The notes under the pieces were generated by a model. That model saw only the letters and a program-made list of their open reading frames with translations, had not been told where the DNA came from and made no database searches. A stretch of 64,000 bases of DNA, taken from assembly GCA_029961055.1 (NCBI GenBank), contig JASBVM010000012.1:55741-119740 (forward strand), read 5' to 3'. Each line of letters begins with the position of its first letter. Positions within the stretch are counted from its first letter, which is position 1. Made by a program: the position numbers and the translations under genes. The stretch is from Bacillota bacterium (lineage in GTDB: Bacteria; Bacillota; Sulfobacillia; JAIMAT01). This document shows, one piece after another, positions 36,855-46,363 of this stretch.

Positions 36855-37909
36855 GCACCTATCCCCTGGCGGAGGACCGCCAGCCGGCCGTCGCGTGGGA
36901 TGGGCGCCGGCTGGGCGAGGTGCTGGAGACGGCGGCGGCGGAGTTCTCCCGCCATGCGGAGGAGATCAACCGGATCAACGTCTTCCCGGTCCCCGACGGC
37001 GACTCCGGGACCAACATGGAGAGGACCCTGGCGGCGGTGGCGCGGGCGGCCCAGCAGGCGGCGGCCGCCGGGGCCGGCGCGGGCGAGCTGATGCGCCAGG
37101 CCGCCCGCGCGGCGCTCCTGGGGGCGCGGGGCAATTCCGGGGTGATCCTGGCCGAGATCTTCCGCGGCATGTCGCGCCGCCTGGAGCAGCTGGCCACGCT
37201 CCGCCCGCGGGACATGGCGGAGGCGCTCGCGGCCGGCGCCGAGGCCGCCTACAAGGCGGTGGTGGAGCCGGTCGAGGGCACCATCCTGACGGCCATCCGC
37301 GCGGCGGCCGAGGCGACGGCCCGCTTCCGCCAGGAGCCGGCCGGCGGCATGGCCGAACTGCTGCGCACCGCGGCCGAGGCCGCCCGGGAGGCGACCCTGC
37401 GCAGCCCGGAGCTGCTCCCCGTCCTGCGCGAGCGGGGCGTGGTCGACGCCGCGGCCAAGGGCCTCGCCATCTTCCTGGAGGCGGCGGCGGCCCAGGCCAG
37501 CCGGATCGAGGCCGAGGGCCGGGCAGGCTGGCAGGAGGCCGGGGCGAGCCCGGCGGAAGAGCCGCTCGCGGGGGACGGCGCGGGAGCCACCGTCCAGGGA
37601 ACGCCGGCGGCCCGGGCGCCCCGGGCACCCTTCTACGGCCAGGAGGTCCAGCTGCTCCTCTTCACCACGCTGCCCGAGGGCGAGGTGCGCAGCCGGCTCG
37701 AGCCCCTGGGCGGCTCGCTGCTGGTCATCGGCGAGCCGGGCCTCTACCGGGTCCACATCCACACCCGCCGGACGGCGGAGGTGTTGGAGAGCTGCCGGGC
37801 CATGGGCCGGACCGATCAGGAGACGGTGGAGGACCTGGACGAGGAGGCCGCCCGCGCCGAGGCCGGGTCCCACCTCCGGGGCGACGAGCCTGGGGGCGGT
37901 GCTTCCTGA
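36851..37909 (+). CDS. DAK2-domain protein (fatty-acid kinase FakA-like, short form)
   Basis: INRINVFPVPDGDSGTNM DAK2 signature; ATGA overlap with plsX, an arrangement typical of Firmicutes plsX-fakA neighbourhoods. Confidence 0.7.
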   Translation: MSTYPLAEDRQPAVAWDGRRLGEVLETAAAEFSRHAEEINRINVFPVPDGDSGTNMERTLAAVARAAQQAAAAGAGAGELMRQAARAALLGARGNSGVILAEIFRGMSRRLEQLATLRPRDMAEALAAGAEAAYKAVVEPVEGTILTAIRAAAEATARFRQEPAGGMAELLRTAAEAAREATLRSPELLPVLRERGVVDAAAKGLAIFLEAAAAQASRIEAEGRAGWQEAGASPAEEPLAGDGAGATVQGTPAARAPRAPFYGQEVQLLLFTTLPEGEVRSRLEPLGGSLLVIGEPGLYRVHIHTRRTAEVLESCRAMGRTDQETVEDLDEEAARAEAGSHLRGDEPGGGAS

Positions 37910-38490
37910 CCGAGGGCGTGCCAGTCGATGGGCGTCTCACTCATGTAGAGCTTGGCCAAGTGGCCCGCCGAATCCCAGCCGAAGTAGACGTAGCCGCCCC
38001 GAAGGGGCAGCTCCACGATGCTCAGGCTCCCGGAGACGGAGGGATCGAAGGGGACGACCACCCGTCCCGAGCCGGTCCGGGGATGCTGGCGAAGCCAGGT
38101 GCCCACGGCCTCCAGCGCCTGCCGGGAGGGATGGTCGCCCAGGCTGAGCAGCTGGGCTCCCTCCACCATCTCCGTGTCCGGGCGGAGAAGTCCCTCGAGC
38201 GGGTCGCCCGAACCCTGGAGGAGCCGGTCGTAGACGGCGACGCTCCGCCCCACCAGAGGGTCGGAGCTGCCCGCCGGCGTCGGTCTCCTCGCTGCCGGCG
38301 CCCGGCCCGCCCCGCAGCCGGCGCCGCCCGCGACAAGGGCGGCGACCAGCACCCAGAGCGCCAGGCACCGCCCCAGGCGGGCGGCCCGCTCACCGGCCCG
38401 CTCAGCCGCCGATGGCGTACATCGCCCGTTCGGGCGGGCGGAAGCCCGTCTGGTTGATGAGATGGCCTTCCCACTTGCTCCAGACTGCAT
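37816..38490 (-). CDS. Putative lipoprotein (hypothetical); overlaps the moaA 3' end and the fakA-like 3' end
   Basis: LALWVLVAALVAGGAGC lipobox. The central region (VVVPFDPSVSGSLSIVELPLRGGYVYFGWDSAGHLAKLYMSETPIDWHA) looks protein-like. The only in-frame start is ATG 38490, inside moaA. Confidence 0.4.
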   Translation of the reverse strand: MQSGASGKAISSTRRASARPNGRCTPSAAERAGERAARLGRCLALWVLVAALVAGGAGCGAGRAPAARRPTPAGSSDPLVGRSVAVYDRLLQGSGDPLEGLLRPDTEMVEGAQLLSLGDHPSRQALEAVGTWLRQHPRTGSGRVVVPFDPSVSGSLSIVELPLRGGYVYFGWDSAGHLAKLYMSETPIDWHALGQEAPPPGSSPRRWDPASARAASSSRSSTVS

Positions 38491-39391
38491 CGCGCATCAC
38501 CGCGGCCAGTTGCTGATCGTCGGCCCCGGCGCGGAGAGGCCCGCGCAGGTCGGCCTCCGCCAGGGCGAAGAGGCAGTTGCGGATCTTCCCGTCCGCGGTG
38601 AGGCGGATTCGATCGCACTGGCGACAGAACGGCTGGGAGACGCTGGCAATGATCCCGAACACGACGCCGGCCGCGCGATAGAGGCGCGCCGGCTGGTGCG
38701 GGTCGGCCTCCACGGCCTCCACCGGCCCCAGCTTCGCGGCCTGCGCCAGGATCTCGCCGGCGGTCACCACCCGCTCCCGGCTCCACTGCCGGTCGCCGTC
38801 CAGCGGCATGAACTCGATGAAGCGGAGAAGGACGCCGTTCTCCCCGCTCCATGCGATCAGGTCGGCCACCTCGTCCTCGTTGACTCCGCGCATCAGCACG
38901 GTATTGATCTTGACGGGGAAGCCGGCCGCCCGGGCGGCGCGGATCCCCTCCAGCACACGCTCCAGGCTGTCGCGCCGGGTCAGCTCGGCGAACCGTTCCC
39001 GGCGCAGGCTGTCCAGGCTGATGTTGACGCTCTTCAGACCGGCCGCGCGCAGCGCCTCCGCCTTCTCGGGCAGGAAGTAGCCGTTGGTGGTCATGGAGAG
39101 GTCCTGCAGGCCCTCGATGGCCGCCAACTGCCCGACCAGGACCTCCAGCTCCGGCCGGGCCAGGGGCTCCCCACCCGTCAGGCGGACGCGCCGGACCCCG
39201 AGGCCGACGGCCACCCGGGTGACCCGGGTGATCTCCTCGAAGCTGAGGATCTCGCCCCGGGGCAACCAGCGGACGTTCTCGCTGGGCATGCAGTACTGGC
39301 AGCGAAAGTTGCAGCGGTCCGTGACGGAGATCCGCATCTTCCGGACGACGCGACCGAACCGGTCGACAAGCTCCGCTCCCAATCTCGTCAC
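38402..39391 (-). CDS. moaA: GTP 3',8-cyclase MoaA (radical SAM)
   Basis: ISVTDRCNFRCQYCMP radical-SAM CxxxCxxC, GGEPL, and C-terminal CRQCDRIRLTADGKIRNCLF second cluster. GTG start 39391. Confidence 0.9.
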   Translation of the reverse strand: MTRLGAELVDRFGRVVRKMRISVTDRCNFRCQYCMPSENVRWLPRGEILSFEEITRVTRVAVGLGVRRVRLTGGEPLARPELEVLVGQLAAIEGLQDLSMTTNGYFLPEKAEALRAAGLKSVNISLDSLRRERFAELTRRDSLERVLEGIRAARAAGFPVKINTVLMRGVNEDEVADLIAWSGENGVLLRFIEFMPLDGDRQWSRERVVTAGEILAQAAKLGPVEAVEADPHQPARLYRAAGVVFGIIASVSQPFCRQCDRIRLTADGKIRNCLFALAEADLRGPLRAGADDQQLAAVMRDAVWSKWEGHLINQTGFRPPERAMYAIGG

Positions 39392-39572
39392 TTCCCCTGC
39401 CGTCCCGGCTTCGCCACGAAGCTGGCGACGACTCTGCTGTCCAGACTCTAGCACCGCGCCTGCCTTCCTGACGAGACGGGACGTCGCCGGGGGCGAGGCG
39501 CCGCGGCGGCGCCCCCCCACGTTGTGCGGGTCGGGCGATCGGAGATACCTTGAGGGTTGAAGGAGATGCCGT

Positions 39573-40196
39573 ATGAGCCACCGAGCCATCGATCGCCGGG
39601 CCAAATGGGTCGCCCTCCGGAATTACGCCGGCTCCGCGCCCATGGACGTGGGGCGCGTCGCCCTCCTCGCCTTCCTGGCGGGTCGCCTGGACCAGGTCCA
39701 CTTCGTCCGCGACCTGGAAGGGGCTCGCGTGACGCTGCGCCTGACCCAGTCGCGCCGTCTCGTGGTGCCGGGGCCTCCCTTCCAGGCGGTGGTGGACGGC
39801 GTGCCCATCCCCAACCCCATGCTCTTCATCGCCGCCATGGCGGAACGCGACGACGCCATCTACGTCCAGCTGGAGTTCGACGGCGCCGAGGACGCCGACT
39901 GGTACCAGGCGGTGCTGGAGGAGAGCGCCGGGGAAGCGGGCGGGAACCTGGAGGAGGATCCGCGCTGGCGGATCGAGCTCCTGCGCGAGCGCGTCAACCA
40001 TGCCCTGGACGTCTACCGCGAGTGCCGGCGCCTCCTCGCCGAGGGCCATCCCGAGCGCGAGGCCGAGCTCAAGTTCTTCCTGAGCATGGCGCGGACCGAG
40101 ATGGCCGACCTGAGCCGCGAGATCCGCGAGCTGGGCGCGCAGCTGCCCCATCCCGAAGGCGAGCCGCCCGGCCCTCCCGAGCCGCCCTCGCTCTGA
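39573..40196 (+). CDS. Hypothetical protein (207 aa)
   Basis: AAGGAGA RBS 7 nt before the ATG; soluble, acidic; no recognised domain. Confidence 0.5.
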   Translation: MSHRAIDRRAKWVALRNYAGSAPMDVGRVALLAFLAGRLDQVHFVRDLEGARVTLRLTQSRRLVVPGPPFQAVVDGVPIPNPMLFIAAMAERDDAIYVQLEFDGAEDADWYQAVLEESAGEAGGNLEEDPRWRIELLRERVNHALDVYRECRRLLAEGHPEREAELKFFLSMARTEMADLSREIRELGAQLPHPEGEPPGPPEPPSL

Positions 40197-40301
40197 GCCC
40201 CGACCCTTCCGGGGCGCGCAGCGCCCGCCGCCGCCCGTCCCGCCCGGCAAGGCCCGGGCAGGGAGAGGCCGGTCTCTCCCGAAGAAGTACCCCCGTTGGA
40301 C

Positions 40302-40340
40302 GTCCCGCAGCCCGCCCTTCCGGTTCGCGGGCTGCGGGAC
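40302..40340 (+). terminator. Strong stem-loop (14-bp perfect stem GTCCCGCAGCCCGC / GCGGGCTGCGGGAC, 11-nt loop) between the hypothetical gene and the amidohydrolase gene
   Basis: Perfect inverted repeat; preceded by a second hairpin GGGAGAG-gccggt-CTCTCCC at 40261-40280. Confidence 0.4.
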
Positions 40341-40357
40341 AGCAGAGGGGGTCGACC

Positions 40358-41551
40358 ATGGCAGAGGCAGAACGAGTGCTCGCGATCACGGGCGGCCGCG
40401 TGGTGACGGTGAGCGGGCCCACCTACGAGCCCGGTACGGTCCTCGTCCGGAACGGGCGGATCGAGGCGGTGGGACCGGCGGACGATCCGGCGCTGGCACC
40501 CCCGCCGGGCGCCGAGCGGATCGACGCCGGCGGGCGCTGGGTGACGCCGGGCTTCATCGACGCGCACAACCACTCGGGCGTCCACGAGGAAGCCAACGGT
40601 CCCGCCGGCTCGGACGGCAACGAGATGACCGACCCCGTCACCCCGCAGCTCCGCGCCATCGACGCCATCAACCCCGAGGACGAGGGCATCCGCGACGCCC
40701 TCCGTGGCGGCGTCACCACCGTATGGATCACGCCCGGCAGCGGCAACGCCATCGGCGGCCAGGGGTCGACGCTCCACACCTCCGGCCGGACGGTGGAGGA
40801 GATGCTGCTGCGCGAGTTCTCCGGCCTGAAGATGGCGCTGGGCGAGAACCCCAAGCGCGTCTACGGCGAGCAGAAGCGGATGCCCTCGACCCGCATGGGA
40901 ACCGCCTACGTCATCCGCGAGGCCTTCGTCCGCGCCCAGGAGTACATCGAGAAGGTGGAGAGGGCCCAGGGCGACCCGGAGAAGCGCCCGGCCCGGGACC
41001 TGAAGCTGGAGGCGCTGGCGCGGGTGCTGCGGAGGGAGGTGCCGGTCCGCAACCACTGCCACCGCGCCGACGACATCCGGACCGCCCTCCGCCTGGCCGA
41101 CGAGTTCGGCTACCGGCTGGTGATCGACCACGGCACCGAGGCGCACAAGCTGGCCGACGAGCTCGCCCGCCGCGAGGTCCCGGTGGCCTGGGGTCCGGCC
41201 ACCACCTCCCGCAGCAAGGTGGAGCTGCGCGACCGCAGCCTGCGCACCCCCCGCGCCCTGGCCGAGGCGGGTGTCCGCTTCGCCATCATGACCGACCACC
41301 CCGTCATCCCGGTCTGGCTCCTCCGCATCACCGCCGGCCTGGCCGTGGGCGAGGGCCTGGACGAGGAGGTCGCCTTCCGCGCGCTCACCCTGGTACCGGC
41401 CGAGATCACCGGCGTGGCCGACCGGGTCGGCTCGCTGGAGGTGGGCAAGCTGGCCGACGTCGTCGTCTGGGACGGCCACCCCTTCGAGGTGCGGAGCCAT
41501 CCCGAGCGCGTCCTCATCGAGGGGCGGACCGTCTGGAGCACGGAGGCGTGA
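40358..41551 (+). CDS. Amidohydrolase family protein (metal-dependent hydrolase, COG1228-like)
   Basis: GFIDAHNHSG metal-binding motif, ...NHCHRADDI..., ...MTDHPV.... 397 aa. Confidence 0.8.
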   Translation: MAEAERVLAITGGRVVTVSGPTYEPGTVLVRNGRIEAVGPADDPALAPPPGAERIDAGGRWVTPGFIDAHNHSGVHEEANGPAGSDGNEMTDPVTPQLRAIDAINPEDEGIRDALRGGVTTVWITPGSGNAIGGQGSTLHTSGRTVEEMLLREFSGLKMALGENPKRVYGEQKRMPSTRMGTAYVIREAFVRAQEYIEKVERAQGDPEKRPARDLKLEALARVLRREVPVRNHCHRADDIRTALRLADEFGYRLVIDHGTEAHKLADELARREVPVAWGPATTSRSKVELRDRSLRTPRALAEAGVRFAIMTDHPVIPVWLLRITAGLAVGEGLDEEVAFRALTLVPAEITGVADRVGSLEVGKLADVVVWDGHPFEVRSHPERVLIEGRTVWSTEA

Positions 41552-42501
41552 GCCCCCTGCCCGCCCGGCCCGAGCCCCGGCCCGGGCGAGACCCCGGTGG
41601 CCGGCCGGCCCCCCGGGCCGGTCGCGACCGGGGTCCGGGCGACCTCCAGCTCGCGCTCCTGCCCCCCGACGAGTCTCTCGTCCTGAGTGCCACGCGGCTC
41701 GACGTCTGGCGCAGCTGCCGGCGGCGCTACCTCTTCCAGTACGTCCAGCGACTGCCCGCCCGGACGACAGAGCCGCTCTGGATCGGCCGCCTCGTCCACC
41801 GGGTGCTGGAACGGCTGGTCGCCCTCCCCCCCGCCGAGCGGCGCGAGGAGGCCGCCCTCGCCCTCCTCGACCGGCTCTGGCCCGAGGAAGCGGACCGGCG
41901 GAGCGCCTTCCCCTCCCCGGAGCGCGAGCAGGCGGCGCGCCAGCGCGCCCGCGCCATGCTGGCCGCCTGGGTGCGCCGCGAGCGGGCGAGGCTGGGTCCC
42001 GACAGCCGCCTGGTGGGGCTCGAGCTGCCCCTCAGCCTGCGCCTGGGCGACGGCCTGGCCTTCACCGGCCGGATCGACCGGCTGGAATGGCGAGAAGGCG
42101 GGCTCGAGCTGGTGGACTACAAGACCGGTCGCCCGCGGAGCGCGCCGGCGCTCCGCCGCGACCTGCAGGCCGTCGCCTACGCCTGGCTCGTGGAGAGCGT
42201 CTGGGGTCGCCCGGTCGAGCGCGTGACCTTCTGGTTCCTCGCGGTCGACCGCCTCGTCACCTTTCCGGTCGACCGCGAGGCCGCCTCGGCCCTGCCCGAT
42301 CGGCTGCGCGCCGAGGGCCGGGCGATCCGGGAGGAGAGGCTCTACCCCGCCCGTCCCGGTCCGGCCTGCCGCTGGTGCGACTACCTCGCGCTCTGCCCGG
42401 AGGGGCAGCAGGCGGCCCGGCGCCTCGCGTCGCGTCAGGCGGGCGGATCGGCCGGGGCGGCCCCCTCCCAGGCTGCGCGGAGCAGCGACTCGGGCAGGTA
42501 G
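41548..42501 (+). CDS. PD-(D/E)XK nuclease with Cas4/AddB-type Fe-S cysteines (standalone)
   Basis: N-terminal C (VWRSCRRRY) plus C-terminal CRWCDYLALC give one plus three Cys; ELVDYKTG core. GTG start overlaps the amidohydrolase stop. Confidence 0.6.
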   Translation: MSPLPARPEPRPGRDPGGRPAPRAGRDRGPGDLQLALLPPDESLVLSATRLDVWRSCRRRYLFQYVQRLPARTTEPLWIGRLVHRVLERLVALPPAERREEAALALLDRLWPEEADRRSAFPSPEREQAARQRARAMLAAWVRRERARLGPDSRLVGLELPLSLRLGDGLAFTGRIDRLEWREGGLELVDYKTGRPRSAPALRRDLQAVAYAWLVESVWGRPVERVTFWFLAVDRLVTFPVDREAASALPDRLRAEGRAIREERLYPARPGPACRWCDYLALCPEGQQAARRLASRQAGGSAGAAPSQAARSSDSGR

Positions 42502-42860
42502 GCGCGGATCATGTAGTAGAGGTCGTCGGGCGTGCGGGCGCCGAACCAGGTATGGACCGGTTCGCCCCGGATCAGGAGCTTCAGCGTGGGCGCCGACGAG
42601 ACGGCGAAGCGCTCCACCAGCCGCCTCGACTCCTCCACCCAGAGCCGGTACACCGGAAAGGGCGGCAGCGCCGGCAGGACCGCCTCCAGCGCCCGCTCCA
42701 GGAGGCCGCACTGACCGCAGGTGGGCGTGACGAAGAGCAGCGCCATCACCTCCGGCGGCCGCCGGAGGAGCGCCTCCACCTCTTCCTGGGGAACCTCCAG
42801 AATGCCGGTCGCCTTCTCGGCCTCCCTTCCGGCCGTCTTCGACAAGGAAGCCATCTCCAT
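42435..42860 (-). CDS. Thioredoxin-family protein (CGQC active site)
   Basis: LLFVTPTCGQCGLLERAL ... APTLKLLIRGEPV; convergent, with a 66-nt overlap of the nuclease gene 3' end. Confidence 0.7.
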   Translation of the reverse strand: MEMASLSKTAGREAEKATGILEVPQEEVEALLRRPPEVMALLFVTPTCGQCGLLERALEAVLPALPPFPVYRLWVEESRRLVERFAVSSAPTLKLLIRGEPVHTWFGARTPDDLYYMIRAYLPESLLRAAWEGAAPADPPA

Positions 42861-43025
42861 CACCCCGTGGCGGCGTCTTCCCCCCGGTGAGCGACGCCGC
42901 CTTCTCCCTCCCCGCGTCGAAGCAGGGTTGCGAAACCCCACCGGGTATCTCTAGCATAACGCCCCAGGCAAGGGGCCTGGAGGACCCGCTTCCTGCCGGG
43001 GAGAACGCGTCGAGGAGGCAGAGGC

Positions 43026-44396
43026 ATGACCCGCTACATCGTCGCAGGCGGAGTCGCCGCGGGCATGAGCGCGGCTTCACGCATCCGGCGGCTCGACCCG
43101 GAGGCCGAGATCCTCGCCTTCGAGCGGAGCGGCTACGTCTCCTACGGGGCCTGCGGCCTCCCCTATTTCGTGGAGGGGCTGGTCGAGCGGCCGGAGCAGC
43201 TGGTCACCTACTCGCCCGAGACCTTCCGCAGCCAGCGCCGCATCGACGTGGCCGTCCACACCGAGGTGGAGCGGATCGATCGCGAACGTCACGAGGTGAC
43301 GGTGCGAGACCTGGAGAGCGGAGAGCCCCGGCGGCTCCGGTACGACCGGCTGATCCTGGCCACGGGTGCCCGCCCCTCGGCCCCTCCCATCGACGGCCTG
43401 GACCTGGAGGGGGTCCACGTCCTCCGCCTGGTGGAGGACGGCATCCGGCTGCGCCGGGCGCTGGAGGAGCGACGCGGCCGGGCGGTCATCCTGGGCGGCG
43501 GCTACATCGGCCTGGAGGCGGCGGAGGCCGTCCGCAAGCGGGGTTGGGAGGTCACCCTGGTGGAGGCGCTTCCCCAGGTGATGGCCACGATGGACCCGGA
43601 GCCGGCCCAGGCGGTCGCCCGCGAGCTGGAACGGAACGGGATCGAGCTGCGGCTGGGCGAGCCGGTCCTGGGCCTGGAGAGCGACGGGTCGGGGGCCGGG
43701 AAGGGCCGCGTCCGGCGCGTCGTCACCCGCGCGGGCTCCGTGGAGGCGGACCTGGTCCTGGTGGCCACGGGCGTCCGCCCCAACAGCGAGCTGGCTGCCG
43801 AGGCCGGCATCGCGACCGGCGTGCGCGGTGCGATCCGCGTCGACGCGGAGATGCGGACCTCCGATCCCGATGTCTGGGCGGCCGGCGACTGCGCGGAGAG
43901 CTTCCACGCGGTGACCGGGCGGCCGGACTGGATCCCGCTGGGAACGACGGCCAACAAGCAGGGGCGGATCGCGGGCGAGAACGCCGCCGGCGGCCACGCC
44001 CGCTTCCCCGGCGTCGCCGGCACCGCCATCGTCAAGGTCTTCGACCTGGGCGTGGCGCGGACCGGCCTCTCGCTGGCGGAGGCGCAAAGGGCAGGGCTGG
44101 AGGCGGAGGCGGTCGACGCGCTCCAGCGCTCCCGGGCCGGATACTACCCGGGGGGCGGCCGGGTGGCCGTCCGGCTGGTGGTGGAGCGGGCCAGCCGCCG
44201 GTTGCTGGGCGGGCAGCTGACCGGGCCGGTGGACGCGGTCAAGCGCGTCGACACCCTGGCCGCCGCCCTCTACGGTCGCTTCACCGTCGACGACCTGTAC
44301 GGCCTGGACCTGGCGTACGCGCCGCCCTTCGCGCCGGTCTGGGATCCCCTCCTGATCGCGGCCCGGCAGGCGCTGCGCGGCGCCGGCGCCGACTGA
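43026..44396 (+). CDS. CoA-disulfide reductase/NADH oxidase family flavoprotein (pyridine nucleotide-disulfide oxidoreductase)
   Basis: VAGGVAAGMSAA FAD site, SYGACGLPY redox-Cys motif, GGGYIGLE NAD site, AAGDCA. Confidence 0.85.
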   Translation: MTRYIVAGGVAAGMSAASRIRRLDPEAEILAFERSGYVSYGACGLPYFVEGLVERPEQLVTYSPETFRSQRRIDVAVHTEVERIDRERHEVTVRDLESGEPRRLRYDRLILATGARPSAPPIDGLDLEGVHVLRLVEDGIRLRRALEERRGRAVILGGGYIGLEAAEAVRKRGWEVTLVEALPQVMATMDPEPAQAVARELERNGIELRLGEPVLGLESDGSGAGKGRVRRVVTRAGSVEADLVLVATGVRPNSELAAEAGIATGVRGAIRVDAEMRTSDPDVWAAGDCAESFHAVTGRPDWIPLGTTANKQGRIAGENAAGGHARFPGVAGTAIVKVFDLGVARTGLSLAEAQRAGLEAEAVDALQRSRAGYYPGGGRVAVRLVVERASRRLLGGQLTGPVDAVKRVDTLAAALYGRFTVDDLYGLDLAYAPPFAPVWDPLLIAARQALRGAGAD

Positions 44397-44538
44397 GGAG
44401 GGCCCCGCCCGGGGCCCCGCCGGACACGCTCCGCCTCCGGGACATGGCCGCGGGGCCCGCCTCCTTCCACCGTCCTCCATCGGGTGAAGACCCGATGCGC
44501 TTGCAGGGATCGCACCCTAGGCAGCGTATCCGTGATAG

Positions 44539-44556
44539 TGAATGAACGTTCATTCA
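44539..44556 (+). promoter_or_regulatory. FadR (YsiA)-type operator, 18-bp perfect palindrome TGAATGAACGTTCATTCA
   Basis: Matches the Bacillus FadR box (TGAATGA-N4-TCATTCA) about 90 nt upstream of fadD. A cognate TetR gene lies immediately downstream of fadD. Confidence 0.6.
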
Positions 44557-44644
44557 GTGAAACCGGCCGGGAGAACGCCGGCGGGCGCAGGAGGGAGGGG
44601 ATGGCTCCCCGGTCGCGGCCGCCGAGCAGGGAGGGGTGGCTGCC

Positions 44645-46363
44645 ATGGATGAGACGACGCGCTCCGTGGAAGAGGCTGCCGCGATCTACGGCTCCGCGCC
44701 TTGGGCGAGCGCTTACCCGCCCGACGTGCCGCTGCACCTGGAGTACCCGCAGCTCAGCCTGGCCGACCTGCTGGAGCAGGCGGTCCGCCAGGCGCCCGAG
44801 CGCGAGGCGGTCCGCTTCTTCGGCCGCGGCACCCGCTACGGGGAGCTGGGCCGGCGCGTGCGGCGCTTCGCCGCCGCGCTCTATGCGCGGGGGGTCCGGA
44901 AGGACGAGCGGGTGGCGATCATGCTGCCCAACGCGCCGCAGCTGGTGGTCGCCTACTTCGCCACGCTCCGGCTGGGCGGGGTGGTGACCCTGGTCAACCC
45001 GCTCTACACGCCCCGCGAGATCCACCACCAGCTGGTCGACTCCGGCGCCCGCTGGCTGATCGCCCTCGACCTGACCTGGCCCCGCCTGGAGGAGGCGGTG
45101 CGGGGGTCTGCGGTGGAGCGGGTGATCGTCGCCGCGGTGGAGGATGAGCTCGGTTTCCCGCTCGGCTTCCTGGCGCGGCTCCGGAAGCCGAAGCTGGAGA
45201 TCCGGCCGACGCTGGCCGGGGTCCCGGTGGAGCGCTTCCCCGACCTGGAGCGGGAGCAGTCGCCGGAGGCACCGCCGGTCCAGGTGGCCCCGGAAGACCT
45301 GGCGCTCCTGCAGTACACCGGCGGCACCACCGGCGAGCCGAAGGGGGCGATGCTCACCCACCGGAACCTGGTGGCCAACGCGGTCCAGTGCGTCGCCTGG
45401 GTGGGGGCCGAGGGGGTCCAGCGGATCCTGGGGGTCCTTCCTCTCTTCCACGTGTACGGGCTGACGACGGTGCTCAACTACGGCATCGCCAGCGCCTCGA
45501 CGCTGATCCTCCTCCCCCGCTTCCAGGTGAAGGAGGTGCTGGCCACCATCCAGAAGGAGCGGCCCACCGTCTTCCCGGGCGCGCCCACCATGTACGTGGC
45601 CCTCAACACCTCTCCCGACGTCCACCGCTACGACCTCTCCTCCATCCGGGCCTGCATCTCGGGCTCGGCCCCGCTCCCGGTGGAGGTGCAGAAGGAGTTC
45701 GAGGCGCGCACGGGCGCCCAGGTGGTGGAGGGCTACGGGCTGACCGAGGCCTCGCCGGTCACCCACGCCAACCCCTTCCGCGGCGGACCGGTCCGCATCG
45801 GCACCATCGGCATCCCCTGGCCGGACACCGAGGTGCGCGTCGTCGACGAGGCGCACCGCCCGGTCCCGCCGGGGGAGGTGGGCGAGCTGGCGGTGCGCGG
45901 TCCGCAGGTGATGAAGGGCTACTGGAACCGCCCGGAGGCGACGGCGCAGGTGCTGGACGAGGAAGGCTGGCTCTACACGGGCGACCTGGCGGTGATGGAG
46001 GAGGACGGCTACTTCCGCATCGTCGACCGGAAGAAGGACGTGATCATCGCCTCCGGCTTCAACGTCTACCCGCGGGAGGTGGAGGACGTGCTCCACCAGC
46101 ATCCCGCCGTGCTGGAGGCGGTGGTGGTCGGCGTCCCCGACCCCTACCGCGGCGAGACGGTCAAGGCGTTCGTCCGGCTCCGGCCCGGCGCCAGCGCCAC
46201 CCAGGAGGAGATCGTCGCCTTCTGCCGCGAGCGGCTGACACCCTACAAGGTGCCGAAGCTGGTGGAGTTCCGCGACGAGCTCCCCAAGAGCACCGTCGGC
46301 AAGCTCCTCCGCCGCGTGCTGGCCGAGGAGGAGCGGCAGAAGAGCCGCCGGAGCGAAGCGTGA
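44645..46363 (+). CDS. fadD: Long-chain-fatty-acid--CoA ligase
   Basis: YTGGTTGEPKGAMLTHRNL AMP-binding motif, ...GYGLTE..., ...KVPK... C-terminal motif. ATG 44645 after GGGAGGGG (GTG 44636 is the alternative). Confidence 0.9.
   Translation: MDETTRSVEEAAAIYGSAPWASAYPPDVPLHLEYPQLSLADLLEQAVRQAPEREAVRFFGRGTRYGELGRRVRRFAAALYARGVRKDERVAIMLPNAPQLVVAYFATLRLGGVVTLVNPLYTPREIHHQLVDSGARWLIALDLTWPRLEEAVRGSAVERVIVAAVEDELGFPLGFLARLRKPKLEIRPTLAGVPVERFPDLEREQSPEAPPVQVAPEDLALLQYTGGTTGEPKGAMLTHRNLVANAVQCVAWVGAEGVQRILGVLPLFHVYGLTTVLNYGIASASTLILLPRFQVKEVLATIQKERPTVFPGAPTMYVALNTSPDVHRYDLSSIRACISGSAPLPVEVQKEFEARTGAQVVEGYGLTEASPVTHANPFRGGPVRIGTIGIPWPDTEVRVVDEAHRPVPPGEVGELAVRGPQVMKGYWNRPEATAQVLDEEGWLYTGDLAVMEEDGYFRIVDRKKDVIIASGFNVYPREVEDVLHQHPAVLEAVVVGVPDPYRGETVKAFVRLRPGASATQEEIVAFCRERLTPYKVPKLVEFRDELPKSTVGKLLRRVLAEEERQKSRRSEA

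Noticed and set aside
38022-40250. 742-aa minus ORF
   Set aside because: An out-of-frame overlap of moaA on its own strand, continuing antisense across the 39573-40196 gene; no domain signal.
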